A DNA stretch of 64,000 nucleotides from positions 64,001 to 128,000 of IMG/VR virus record IMGVR_UViG_3300028048_001169. One strand, given 5' to 3'. The position numbers and the translations under genes are program-made. Of the stretch, positions 49,345 to 58,976 are shown one piece after another. A model generated the notes under the pieces. The model was not told where the DNA came from and searched no databases. It saw only the letters and a program-made list of their open reading frames with translations. The number at the start of each line of letters is the position of its first letter. The first letter of the stretch is position 1. Source of the DNA: a virus (taxonomy: Duplodnaviria; Caudoviricetes).

Positions 49345-49418
49345 TTCTCAATACAGCTGTTAACTTAATAATCGATAGGGAGGTTCTTCGGAACCTCTCT
49401 ATTTTTTCCAAAAGGAAG

Positions 49419-50102
49419 ATGATTATGGATTTTAAGAGAGCAACCCTTGAGGGAAAAATGGTTGACGTTGTTAGTGTAGATGAACTACAGAAGAATCGAG
49501 ATATTTATGAAACTGGTAATGTTGGAATCGAGATACAGAAACATACAGGAGAAGAATATGTTCTGCCTTATAGACCAGATAATGTTACCTGTAATCGACC
49601 AGGAGTTTATAATATCAAGGATACTAACAATGACGTCGTAGGTAATATTATTGTCTATCCAGATGATGATGTAGCTGAAGATTACAAACCAGAAGTAGTA
49701 GATCTTACAAGTGCATCATCTATGGAAGAATATATTGAAAAACAAGGACGTCTAAAGTCTTTGGAAAATGAAATTCTGACAACTCCAGATAATATCATTC
49801 ATCCACATATTGGTCCTGAAGATACAGCTTTAATGAGAGCTCTAAAAACAGCGATCATTGAGAAGCATATTGATATTGATAAATATCAAGATGGATACGG
49901 AGATAACTTTCCAAACGATAAGAGAAAGTTAAAAGATAGTGATATATCTATCAGGTTGGCAGAACGTCACTTTAAAGTATTAGGGATTAAAGCAGAGATT
50001 GTGTTATCTGATGCATCTCCTGATACACCAAATCCTATTGGAAAAGAGATTAAGATACCTATTACGTATGGTGATAATGAGGAGACTGACATAAATGAAT
50101 AG
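49419..50102 (+). CDS. hypothetical protein
   Basis: 227 aa; overlaps the start of RNAP beta-N. Confidence 0.75.
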   Translation: MIMDFKRATLEGKMVDVVSVDELQKNRDIYETGNVGIEIQKHTGEEYVLPYRPDNVTCNRPGVYNIKDTNNDVVGNIIVYPDDDVAEDYKPEVVDLTSASSMEEYIEKQGRLKSLENEILTTPDNIIHPHIGPEDTALMRALKTAIIEKHIDIDKYQDGYGDNFPNDKRKLKDSDISIRLAERHFKVLGIKAEIVLSDASPDTPNPIGKEIKIPITYGDNEETDINE

Positions 50103-52014
50103 AATAACTCAAAGTCAATTCATGCACACGTTTAACGTAGAACACAGAGAAGCGTTTAATCCAATCTATTTCGAGCGTTCAAATAAAGATATTATGGATG
50201 CTATGAAAAAGATTATTATGTCTTGTGAACGAGATAAATATTTTACTCTGAAGGTTATCTCCCTCAGAGAAATATATGATTATGAAGAAATTTATAACAG
50301 TCTCAGAGATTATCAAGAAGAACGTAAAAAGAGGAACAGTAAAGTTCCTAATTCATATGACTATATTGATATTCGTGATTCTGATATCATGCTCCTAGAA
50401 GTTATCTATTTTGTTCGTCATAATGGTACAGAGAAGCAAGATGTGTATGAGACGCTTCCTGATGGAACGAAGAAAAAGAAAGCTAGCTCTGTAGATGTAA
50501 GAGACCCTTATCAGAAATTAAAGGTTTACATTGCATTACCAAGATTTGTTAATAAGTACTACTTTAGAATGAATGGAAATTACTACTCAACAATTTTCCA
50601 GATCGTTGATGGTAGTACTTATAATAATTCAACCACAAACAATGGTCCTAACAAGAAAGCAGATTGTATTACTTTCAAATCATTGTTCATGGCTACCAGA
50701 GTATATAGAAAGTACAAAGATATAGTAGACATTTGTAGTGGTACAACTATTCGTGCTACTATTTATGGGTCTAAAATCTTTAGTACATTTATTGACTGTA
50801 TGCTATATATTCTAGCAAATTATGGCATGATTGGAGCATTTGATTTTTTAGATATTAATTGTGTATCAGTAGGAAGCGAACCTATTGTAAGCGATGAATA
50901 TTTTAATTTCTCAAGCCATAATGTCATAATTAGTGTACCAAAGCATTGTTTCCAAGATCCTATGGTACAAAGCTTAGTGGTAACCATTTATAATGCTATC
51001 TCTAAAGATACAAAAGTCAATGACTTATACAATATCCGATTCTGGATTCGTGCTTTAGGATATGCTTATAAAGGTGGTAATACATTAGACAAAGGTCTCT
51101 TTGTTCTAGACTCTGTTGATGGTATTTATGATATCAATACAAGAGATGAACTACATTTACCAGATGATAAGAAACGTAATATTTATGATATCTTACGCTG
51201 GATTATGAGAGAGTTTAAATATCTTAAAGATAAAGATAATGTTGATGTGACATTAAAACGTATTCGAATTGCTGAATACATTGCTCATATCTACGCGACA
51301 AAGATATCAAAAGGTATTCGTAGAATATCTGATGCTGGTAAACGAGTAACACTGAATAGTGTTGTTCGAGCTATTCGTACCGATCCAATGTATATCATTA
51401 AGAATATCATTAATATGTCTAACTTAGTATCATATGTAGACCTGGTTAATGATAATGATGCTTTATTGGCACTTAAATATACCTATAAAGGTATTTCTGG
51501 TTTAGGAGAGGATGGAACTTCTATTCAAAGAAGCTATCGGTATGTAGATGCTTCACATGCTGGTATATTGGATTTAGATGCATCTGGTGCATCAGATCCT
51601 GGAATGACAGGATTAATTTGTCCAATGACTCCTATGTATAATGGAAGTTTTACCAATTTCAAAGAACCAGATTTTTGGGAAAAAGATTACAAACATTTTC
51701 AAACAGAATGGGAAGAGAAACAGCCAAAGGGAAAACCTGTATTTAAGATTGTTAATCAGGAACTCTATGACAAACAAATGGCTAATGTAGTTCAAGATTA
51801 TCATGATCTTAGACAAGAAGTGATCGATACTTCGTTAGTTATTGATCGAGCTATCTGCCCATTCTATAATATTCATGATCCGTCCATAGATTATTCTACC
51901 GTCGGTTCACTATTAGATAATAGTAACAATGAAATAGAAGCTCCAAAAGCATCATTGTTCACTTATAATGTAACCGAAGAAGATGATGGAGGATTAGACG
52001 ATTATGATGAATGA
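50095..52014 (+). CDS. phage RNA polymerase beta subunit, N-terminal half (probably non-virion RNAP)
   Basis: IALPRF..YFRMNGNYYSTIFQI (GTFIINGxERVxVxQ-like) and YRYVDASHAGILDLDASGASDPGMTGLI (RDVHxxHYGRxCPxETPEG-like). Confidence 0.85.
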   Translation: MNRITQSQFMHTFNVEHREAFNPIYFERSNKDIMDAMKKIIMSCERDKYFTLKVISLREIYDYEEIYNSLRDYQEERKKRNSKVPNSYDYIDIRDSDIMLLEVIYFVRHNGTEKQDVYETLPDGTKKKKASSVDVRDPYQKLKVYIALPRFVNKYYFRMNGNYYSTIFQIVDGSTYNNSTTNNGPNKKADCITFKSLFMATRVYRKYKDIVDICSGTTIRATIYGSKIFSTFIDCMLYILANYGMIGAFDFLDINCVSVGSEPIVSDEYFNFSSHNVIISVPKHCFQDPMVQSLVVTIYNAISKDTKVNDLYNIRFWIRALGYAYKGGNTLDKGLFVLDSVDGIYDINTRDELHLPDDKKRNIYDILRWIMREFKYLKDKDNVDVTLKRIRIAEYIAHIYATKISKGIRRISDAGKRVTLNSVVRAIRTDPMYIIKNIINMSNLVSYVDLVNDNDALLALKYTYKGISGLGEDGTSIQRSYRYVDASHAGILDLDASGASDPGMTGLICPMTPMYNGSFTNFKEPDFWEKDYKHFQTEWEEKQPKGKPVFKIVNQELYDKQMANVVQDYHDLRQEVIDTSLVIDRAICPFYNIHDPSIDYSTVGSLLDNSNNEIEAPKASLFTYNVTEEDDGGLDDYDE

Positions 52015-52255
52015 TGTAGTATTTGTATACTCGGAATTACAAATTAAAGAACGTAACGAAATATTGAATAAACAAGGCAAAAGATTTGTATGTGGAAAGC
52101 TCTATACTGGAGCTGGTAATAAACCATTCTCTAGAATTATCAAAGAGAAAGATTTAGATGCTATGAAATCACAATATCCAGATATGAAGATTATTGGTCA
52201 AGGTAACAAATCCAATTTTCGTTATGTAAACGTGTCATCAGAATTAAATATTTAA
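52004..52255 (+). CDS. hypothetical protein
   Basis: 83 aa; GGAGG RBS. Confidence 0.65.
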   Translation: MMNDVVFVYSELQIKERNEILNKQGKRFVCGKLYTGAGNKPFSRIIKEKDLDAMKSQYPDMKIIGQGNKSNFRYVNVSSELNI

Positions 52256-52310
52256 GATATAATAGAGGTAGATATAATCTACCTCTATTTTTCTTTATAA
52301 GGAGTTATTT

Positions 52311-53012
52311 ATGTTTAATATAACAGCAGAAGAGCTTGTTGATTTATACAATGATATTGTTATTGTCAACGAAGCAGCAAAAGGTGAATATACTTCATTG
52401 GAAATTCAGAATGCGGAACGTAGAAGAAGGATTCATGTAGATGAATTAACATCTTCTGAGATTGAAGCTATTGATAAGCAAATTAATGCTAAATCTTTAC
52501 GATCTCCATATTATATATCTGATTACCATAATTATACAGAGCTTCATATTTATTGTGATCCTGAAAATCATATTGATGCAACCGATGATAAAATGTGGTA
52601 TGTTAGAATGGAGCCATCGTTTAAAGGCCTAAATCGCATTTTATCAATCGTTGCGGATTATGATACATTTACATTTAATTTGCCAAATAGTGACGAATCA
52701 ATAGAAATAATTAAAGATGAATTTAGTTATTTCTTTTCACGGATTCAAAGTCTATATGTAACTACAGGTATAATGTCATTAGTAGGAACAGATGGAAAGA
52801 GAAATCCAACACCATTTGATTTACTTAGAGATTTATTTTTATACTCTAATCTAGGTCCTGCTTATAAGATTGAAAATGCCTTAATAGATAAGGCTGTAAA
52901 AGATCTATATGAGCTAATAATCAAAGCTCCAAATGCAGTACCTGTAATTAAAGATCCAGAGGCAGCTGCATCTATTATTACAAATGCAATGGGATATTTT
53001 CAAATATTGTAG
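52311..53012 (+). CDS. hypothetical protein
   Basis: 233 aa; AAGGAG RBS. Confidence 0.75.
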   Translation: MFNITAEELVDLYNDIVIVNEAAKGEYTSLEIQNAERRRRIHVDELTSSEIEAIDKQINAKSLRSPYYISDYHNYTELHIYCDPENHIDATDDKMWYVRMEPSFKGLNRILSIVADYDTFTFNLPNSDESIEIIKDEFSYFFSRIQSLYVTTGIMSLVGTDGKRNPTPFDLLRDLFLYSNLGPAYKIENALIDKAVKDLYELIIKAPNAVPVIKDPEAAASIITNAMGYFQIL

Positions 53013-53294
53013 GTGATGAATATGCGATATGCTATGTATCATGAAGACTACAGGATATGTAATCATTGTGGTCAAAAAGCAGTTACTGCGATTGATAAGT
53101 TTTTAAGACCTACTGATGTCTTGATTTATCCAATCGTAAAGTTTCATTGTAATGCTTGTAATACAGATTTCTTTCCTAAATGGGTAAAGAATCAAGCTGG
53201 AGAAATGATTCCAGTATGTACAGGTGATTATGTGAAGGAAGAAACCGCTGAAAGTATTATTAAATTCTCTGAAGAAAATGTAAGAGAGTTCTAA
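53013..53294 (+). CDS. Zn-ribbon protein
   Basis: CNHCG...CNAC. Confidence 0.7.
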   Translation: MMNMRYAMYHEDYRICNHCGQKAVTAIDKFLRPTDVLIYPIVKFHCNACNTDFFPKWVKNQAGEMIPVCTGDYVKEETAESIIKFSEENVREF

Positions 53295-53394
53295 CAAAAT
53301 TCAGTCTATTAGCCTTTTATTGGGCTAATAGGCTTTTACAATAGAAATTTATATACATTCCAACTTATTAATGAGAAATCGAAAGGAGCCTATT

Positions 53395-53517
53395 ATGAAG
53401 AAACAGACTAAACCAGTAAAAGTAAAAGATGTATTAATTGTCAAAGAGATCGTACCAGAGAAAGCTGTTGCTGTAACTGCAAAGTTACGCAAGAAGTCAG
53501 CATTATTTGTAGCATAA
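53395..53517 (+). CDS. 40-aa basic protein (not in the ORF track)
   Basis: AAAGGAG RBS; MKKQTKPVKVKDVLIVKEIVPEKAVAVTAKLRKKSALFVA. Confidence 0.55.
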   Translation: MKKQTKPVKVKDVLIVKEIVPEKAVAVTAKLRKKSALFVA

Positions 53518-53539
53518 TATAAAGAGGGAGTTATACACC

Positions 53540-56278
53540 ATGAGAATATTATATGTAAAATTGGTCGGATATATTGGTCTCTATAATGGAATAGGAAAAT
53601 CTGAATTAGCAATTAATTTTGCTAATAGTAAGAACAATATAACGGTCATTAGTGGAGCAAATGGTTGCGGCAAATCAACCTTGCTCAATGCATTAAATAT
53701 TCTTCCGGATACAAACGATAACTTTATTCCTAATATAGGAGCATCTAAGGAATTAAAGATAGCTCATGAAGATACACTTTATGAGATATTTATTAATCAT
53801 CCTGTAGATGGTAAAGGAAATCGTAGTACGACTAAAGTGTCAATTAAGAAGAATGGGATGGAATTGAATCCAAATGGTAACGTTAGCAGTTACAAAGAAA
53901 TCATTTTTGATGAATTCGAATTGGACGGAAATTTCATTACCCTTTCTCATTTATCTGGAGATGATAGGGGGCTCGCTGATAAGAAACCAGCAGAACGTAA
54001 AAAGTTCATTGCTAATATCAGTACATCTCTAGATACATATAATGCAATTCATAAAAATTTAAACAAGAAAGCGAATGTATATAAATCTTACATCAATAAC
54101 CTTAGTGGAAAAATTCAAAGTATTGGAGATGAAACAAATCTTCAAAATACAAAAATATCTTTAGCTAATCGACGTTCTAGATTAGATAAAGAAATTGATG
54201 ATTTGAAAGCTGAGGTTATTGAGAGTAAGACGTTAATTTCTGTTAGTGATCCTAATGGCTTACTTCAGCAGAAATATGAAGAAGCAGATAAAGATTGTAA
54301 AGAATTGAAATTACAATCAAATAAAGCATTCTCTTTTTTACGTTCTTATTATGAATCTCATTATAAACCGGAAGATCTAGAGTTAACCTTAGATGCTATT
54401 GGAAAAAGAAAAGAAGATATTGATACATCTACAGCAGAATATTCTAATAAGATTGAATCAAATAATAATGCGATTAAGATTCATATGACAACAATGGAAA
54501 ACAATAAGGCAACCATTGCTCGTAATAAGATCCGCATTGATAAATTGAAACAGGAAATCAATCCAGAATTAGAATCTCAGTTAGTAGAAACAAAAAATAA
54601 GATAGGAATCATAGAAGATGCTTTCCATGAAGTTGGTATAACAGATATAGATAATATCTCTAGTTCCGAAATTAATCAGGTTATTGTATTATTACAGAAT
54701 TTTATAGAGAGTATTGATCGAATCTATGAGTTGATACCAGCAGATAGTTTAGCAGAGTTCTGTGATATCATATTGAACAGTACCATTGGTAATGAATTAG
54801 ATAAGTGTAATAAGATAATATCCAATACAAAGGATAGTTTGAATAACGCTTATATCAAATTGACAGAATTGCAAAATGATTATGATATTTTATCAGACCT
54901 AGACCATAGACCAGATAAATGTAAAATTGATCATTGCTATTTCTTATCAAAGCCAATGGAGGTACTGAAGAAATATGATTTGAAAGAAGACTTAGAAGTT
55001 CTTATTAAGAATATTAAGTCTACTATCGAAGATATGCGTCTAACAATACATATTAACGAGGAGATGGTGCAAAAACTAAAGAGTTACTCTTCTAGCGAGT
55101 CCATTTTAGGGACGATTACGACACAGGTGAATGCAAATGAGACGATTTTAAAGAAAATCAGTACGTTTATACGACTACTTGATAAAAACGCCTTATATGA
55201 GCTGATTTCGAATGGTAACAGATTTAATGAATATCGAGACCTTACGATGCTAAGAAATATAGCAAATTATATTACTGAGTATAAATCATTAACTCGTATA
55301 TATGATAAGCTATTAAATGAGAAACAAACAAACAATCATAATATTCAAGCGTTAGCAGAATATGAATCTGAAATGGAATTGAGCCAATCAGCATATGACA
55401 CTCAATTAAAAGAGATTAATAAACTGACAGAAGAGAATAAATTCTTAAATGGTTTATTAACTACTCTAGGAAATCAAAAGAAGATGATCGATGAATTATC
55501 CAATCGATATAATCAATGGGTGGAAGTCGATAATAAGTATCAAAAACGTTCAGATGATTTTGAAAAGATTTCTCAACAATCAAAAGGTCTTAGTGTTGTA
55601 TTAAATAAGATGGGTGATCTAGTACAACAAATACAGACAAAAGAGAATGAGAGAAAACCAATTGAAGATCAGGAGAAGAACATTGATTCTCAATTAATGA
55701 TCTTACAGTCATATCACCAAGAATATGCAATGTATCAAGAACGATATGATATTGTCAATAAATTGAAGAAGTACAGTTCACCAACAGCTGGTGGTATTCA
55801 AACATTGTTTATGCAGTTATATATGAGCAAGACATTGGAATTAGCCAATCAGTTATTAGGAATGATCTTCCAAGGACAGTATCAATTATTAGATTATGTC
55901 ATTAATGCAGATGAATTCAGAATGCCATTTATTGGTAACGGATTAGCAGTTGATGATATATCTTCTGGATCTACATCTCAGGTTTGTATTATGGGTATGA
56001 TTATTAATCTCGTTTTATTAAATCAAGCTAGTACGAAATATAATATTACTAGACTAGATGAGATTGATGGTGGACTAGATCATGCAAATCGATATATGTT
56101 TGTCGATATTCTGCAGAGAATTATTCAGATCTTACATATAGAACAGCTATTTATTATTAGCCATTCAGCTGAATCAGCATTGAGTAACGTAGACGTTATT
56201 CAATTAGCACCTATACCGGACTACGAAGATGTATTCAGTGGAGCAAATATAATCTATTCGTATAGTTGGGAACAATAA
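53540..56278 (+). CDS. sbcC: SbcC/Rad50-like ABC ATPase
   Basis: GANGCGKST, long coiled coils, central CKIDHC hook, ISSGS signature, LDEIDGGLD, IISH. Confidence 0.9.
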   Translation: MRILYVKLVGYIGLYNGIGKSELAINFANSKNNITVISGANGCGKSTLLNALNILPDTNDNFIPNIGASKELKIAHEDTLYEIFINHPVDGKGNRSTTKVSIKKNGMELNPNGNVSSYKEIIFDEFELDGNFITLSHLSGDDRGLADKKPAERKKFIANISTSLDTYNAIHKNLNKKANVYKSYINNLSGKIQSIGDETNLQNTKISLANRRSRLDKEIDDLKAEVIESKTLISVSDPNGLLQQKYEEADKDCKELKLQSNKAFSFLRSYYESHYKPEDLELTLDAIGKRKEDIDTSTAEYSNKIESNNNAIKIHMTTMENNKATIARNKIRIDKLKQEINPELESQLVETKNKIGIIEDAFHEVGITDIDNISSSEINQVIVLLQNFIESIDRIYELIPADSLAEFCDIILNSTIGNELDKCNKIISNTKDSLNNAYIKLTELQNDYDILSDLDHRPDKCKIDHCYFLSKPMEVLKKYDLKEDLEVLIKNIKSTIEDMRLTIHINEEMVQKLKSYSSSESILGTITTQVNANETILKKISTFIRLLDKNALYELISNGNRFNEYRDLTMLRNIANYITEYKSLTRIYDKLLNEKQTNNHNIQALAEYESEMELSQSAYDTQLKEINKLTEENKFLNGLLTTLGNQKKMIDELSNRYNQWVEVDNKYQKRSDDFEKISQQSKGLSVVLNKMGDLVQQIQTKENERKPIEDQEKNIDSQLMILQSYHQEYAMYQERYDIVNKLKKYSSPTAGGIQTLFMQLYMSKTLELANQLLGMIFQGQYQLLDYVINADEFRMPFIGNGLAVDDISSGSTSQVCIMGMIINLVLLNQASTKYNITRLDEIDGGLDHANRYMFVDILQRIIQILHIEQLFIISHSAESALSNVDVIQLAPIPDYEDVFSGANIIYSYSWEQ
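55132..55202. repeat. dyad-symmetric site, copy 3 (core GTACGTTTATAC at 55161-55172)
   Basis: CAAATGAGACG-N16-core-N16-CGCCTTATATG; the left arm is the exact reverse complement of the right arm of copy 1. Confidence 0.6.
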
Positions 56279-56305
56279 CGTAATATAGAGAAAGGAGATA
56301 GCTAT

Positions 56306-56440
56306 ATGAAAGATAAATCACTCCATAAAAAAGCAGTGTTTTCAAAGAAATGGTATCGTTGCTTTGTAGATGCTGTTGCTAAGAAACGTAACTGTAAACT
56401 GTGTACAATGAGATCAATTTGTAAGAATTGTTTAAAATAA
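56306..56440 (+). CDS. 44-aa Cys-rich basic protein (not in the ORF track)
   Basis: AAAGGAG RBS; C..CKLC..CKNC; terminator at 56447-56480. Confidence 0.55.
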   Translation: MKDKSLHKKAVFSKKWYRCFVDAVAKKRNCKLCTMRSICKNCLK

Positions 56441-56500
56441 TATAGTATCCAATAGGGTATAAATCCCTATTGGATTTCTTGTTATTAAACTATTTTTGAA

Positions 56501-56511
56501 TCATATATTAT
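56501..56511 (+). promoter_or_regulatory. early-type promoter TCATATATTAT
   Basis: Exact motif upstream of 56566. Confidence 0.75.
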
Positions 56512-56565
56512 AAGTGTGTAGTAGAACATAGAAATCAAACAATCATAGAAAGAGAGGTAGTTGAA

Positions 56566-57684
56566 ATGTTTGATCTATTTACAATGGCGGATCCGCTGAT
56601 TTTCTTTGAGGTAAGAAAAGCTGAGAGGGAAGCTAATCGAGCTTTAAAAGAATGCAAGAAGTGTGAGGAACGTGCAAAAGAGAAAAAAGAAATCCAGAAG
56701 TCAGTAAAGAATTTTAAGGACCACATCAATAATGTGAAACATACAAATAAAGATGTGGCTGAAGCAACCGGAACACCTTATACACCTGAGAATACTCCAG
56801 AAGATATTACAGAGCAAGCTGATAATATCAAGAAAGCAGCAGATACGATTCATGATATGCTGTATCCTGTTGTATATAATGATAATGAAGTTTCTGTAGT
56901 GCCAAATGAAGTATTTGAAGAGGATCGATTAGAAGATGTAAACAATGTACCTGAGCCAAAGTTAAAGAAGGAGATCAATGATGATCTTGTTGAAACTTTT
57001 GCAAAGGTATTACCAGGAGTTCCAGTTGTATTTGAAGCAACAGTAGATACTTATAATCCTAAGTCTGGTGGTGATTGTGGATTAGTAAAGATGCATGTAT
57101 TGCCGACCAAGACGACTTACTTTGTAGACCTGAACAATATCATGGGTGATGGTTATAATGTATTAATGACCAATCCGTATGATGGTAAATTGCTCTTTGT
57201 TAATACGGAGCGATGCCCTGAGTATATTCTGAAAGTAATAACAGAGGGATATACATTGACACCGGAAGATATCGTTCATATTAATGCTGGACGATTTGAT
57301 CCTGATATCTATCACTTCATAGATTTCTCTGGATTTGGTGATCATCTAAAGAATATGACTATGAAGGACAAAGAGCATCTTGAGTACACACTCCATAAAA
57401 TCATGAATCATGATTGGGAGAATGTATTAGGATATCCTCTGTATAGATGTCGTTTTGAATCTTATGCAGATACAGCAAACTTTACATTGATATCTGATAA
57501 GCATACAAGACATCAGAATGTCTTTACAGATCGAAAGTTGTATTCTCGATTCCGTAAGATGTATGTAACAAATAGCGAGTATGATCGCTATAATGAATAT
57601 TTCCGTATCAATGTAAAAGCAGGTAAAATTGTCGATGTTGCTAGAAATGGAGAAACAATTTCAGCCAAGGATCTTTATTTGTAG
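56566..57684 (+). CDS. hypothetical protein
   Basis: 372 aa; GAGG RBS. Confidence 0.75.
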   Translation: MFDLFTMADPLIFFEVRKAEREANRALKECKKCEERAKEKKEIQKSVKNFKDHINNVKHTNKDVAEATGTPYTPENTPEDITEQADNIKKAADTIHDMLYPVVYNDNEVSVVPNEVFEEDRLEDVNNVPEPKLKKEINDDLVETFAKVLPGVPVVFEATVDTYNPKSGGDCGLVKMHVLPTKTTYFVDLNNIMGDGYNVLMTNPYDGKLLFVNTERCPEYILKVITEGYTLTPEDIVHINAGRFDPDIYHFIDFSGFGDHLKNMTMKDKEHLEYTLHKIMNHDWENVLGYPLYRCRFESYADTANFTLISDKHTRHQNVFTDRKLYSRFRKMYVTNSEYDRYNEYFRINVKAGKIVDVARNGETISAKDLYL

Positions 57685-57702
57685 AAAAATATTACAGCAC
57701 AC

Positions 57703-57713
57703 ACATTAAAGTA
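57703..57713 (+). promoter_or_regulatory. ACAT-N5-TA promoter heading the ncRNA/tRNA cluster
   Basis: ACATtaaagTA. Confidence 0.5.
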
Positions 57714-57736
57714 ATGAAATCATAAAAATAAACTTG

Positions 57737-57882
57737 CTAGTAGGATGTAATGAATTACGTAAAGAAATGTCTTGAATGGTTGTGATTCGAGAAATAGAGA
57801 TATGAAGTTGAACTGTAATTCAGTGGAAATATCCGATATACGAGCTTGTACTGTTATCGTCATTCATTACGGGTTAAACTAG
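57737..57882 (+). ncRNA. candidate structured RNA
   Basis: CTAGT..GTAATGAAT pairs with ATTCATTAC..ACTAG and encloses two hairpins. Confidence 0.3.
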
Positions 57883-58014
57883 ATAATATAATACCAATCA
57901 ATTTCATCTTTACTATATTTTTGGTACATTGTTATATCCGCACACATATAAAAATAAAGCCATGTTTTTATTTAAGGGAGTAATTGATAGATAATAATTG
58001 ATTGGTATTATTAC

Positions 58015-58086
58015 TGGACTATAGCCAAGCGGTAAGGCCCAGGACTTTGACTCCTGTATTCCCGGGTTCGAATCCCGGTAGTCTAG
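58015..58086 (+). tRNA. tRNA-Gln(TTG)
   Basis: Cloverleaf; CAGGA-CTTTGAC-TCCTG anticodon arm; GGTTCGAATCC; no encoded CCA. Confidence 0.93.
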
Positions 58087-58402
58087 CGTAAAACGTTAAC
58101 TTAGTTTCGTTGTACAATCAAATCACACGCAAGGTGGAATTAGGTTTAAAAGGCAAGTGATCATTTGCTAATTCAGGTTGTAGGTATGCTCATTCCGACG
58201 TTCTCCTGAAATTAAAAATCTAAGACTTAGAGGTTGGACCTACAGGATTGTAGGCTCGAGTCTTAGGTTTTATTTTTATGATTAAGGGTTTAGGAACAGT
58301 AAAATCGGGTTAAAATGTTCTGGCTGTTAATAATATAATAATAATCGTTGAAATTAATCATTTGCGGTAAACATTAACGGCTTCTCCGATCTCCTTTATT
58401 TA

Positions 58403-58483
58403 GGGTAGGTAGCGAATCGGCAAACGCGGCGGACTGTAAATCCGTTTCCTATGGAGTAGTGGGCTCGACACCCACCCTGCCCA
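58403..58483 (+). tRNA. tRNA-Tyr(GTA)
   Basis: GCGGA-CTGTAAA-TCCGT, long variable arm, atypical T-loop CTCGACA. Confidence 0.85.
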
Positions 58484-58741
58484 TTGGTAAATTGTTACAT
58501 TTTTACTTATTTTCTGTAACAATTTACCAAAAGGTTCTTTTTAATGACTCGGACTTACGATGGCTCTTAGGTTCGAGTCACAAAGTACTAGCTCATTCGT
58601 GGTTTTTTCCTTTTTCTCTTAACCACGAAGAGTACCCATCCTTTTACGTTACCGCGATGTATATACATCAAAAACTTATTTATGTTACGTTACCATACAT
58701 AAATAGCTGCTCTAGAGTTTAGCGTTTAAATAGAGCAATTT

Positions 58742-58815
58742 GGACCTTTAGCTCAGTTGGTTAGAGCAACCGGCTCATAACCGGTCGGTCCTGGGTTCGA
58801 GTCCCAGAGGGTCCA
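58742..58815 (+). tRNA. tRNA-Ile2(CAT)
   Basis: GGACCTTTAGCTCAGTTGGTTAGAGC..CTCATAA resembles Firmicute lysidine tRNA-Ile2 rather than Met. Confidence 0.85.
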
Positions 58816-58823
58816 TTTAATAT

Positions 58824-58895
58824 GGCTCGTTGGTCAAGCGGTTAAGACATCGCCCTTTCACGGCGGTAACACGAGTTCGATTCTCGTACGAGTCA
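58824..58895 (+). tRNA. tRNA-Glu(TTC)
   Basis: TCGCC-CTTTCAC-GGCGG anticodon arm; canonical D and T arms. Confidence 0.93.
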
Positions 58896-58976
58896 TCTCT
58901 AGGTACTTGGACACTATCTAGAGAAAATGCATTTTCTTTTAGGGCGTGAGTAGCTCTCCTCACACAAAATTTGCCA

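Noticed and set aside
8046-53294. Stop-codon reassignment or TAG read-through (in-frame ORF pairs 8046/8637 and 52311/53013)
   Set aside because: All conserved genes are intact in the standard code, no suppressor tRNA is present, and these TAGs overlap the next gene's SD (TAGGGG, TAGGTG)
2774-57345. Many 60-160 aa ORFs antisense to or nested in larger genes (e.g. 16457, 29323, 31405, 37107, 41897)
   Set aside because: No RBS, atypical composition, and largely contained within well-supported genes
58220-58580. Additional tRNAs at ~58220-58270 and ~58545-58580 (GGCTCGAGTC, GGTTCGAGTC)
   Set aside because: T-loop-like words sit in simple hairpins with no cloverleaf
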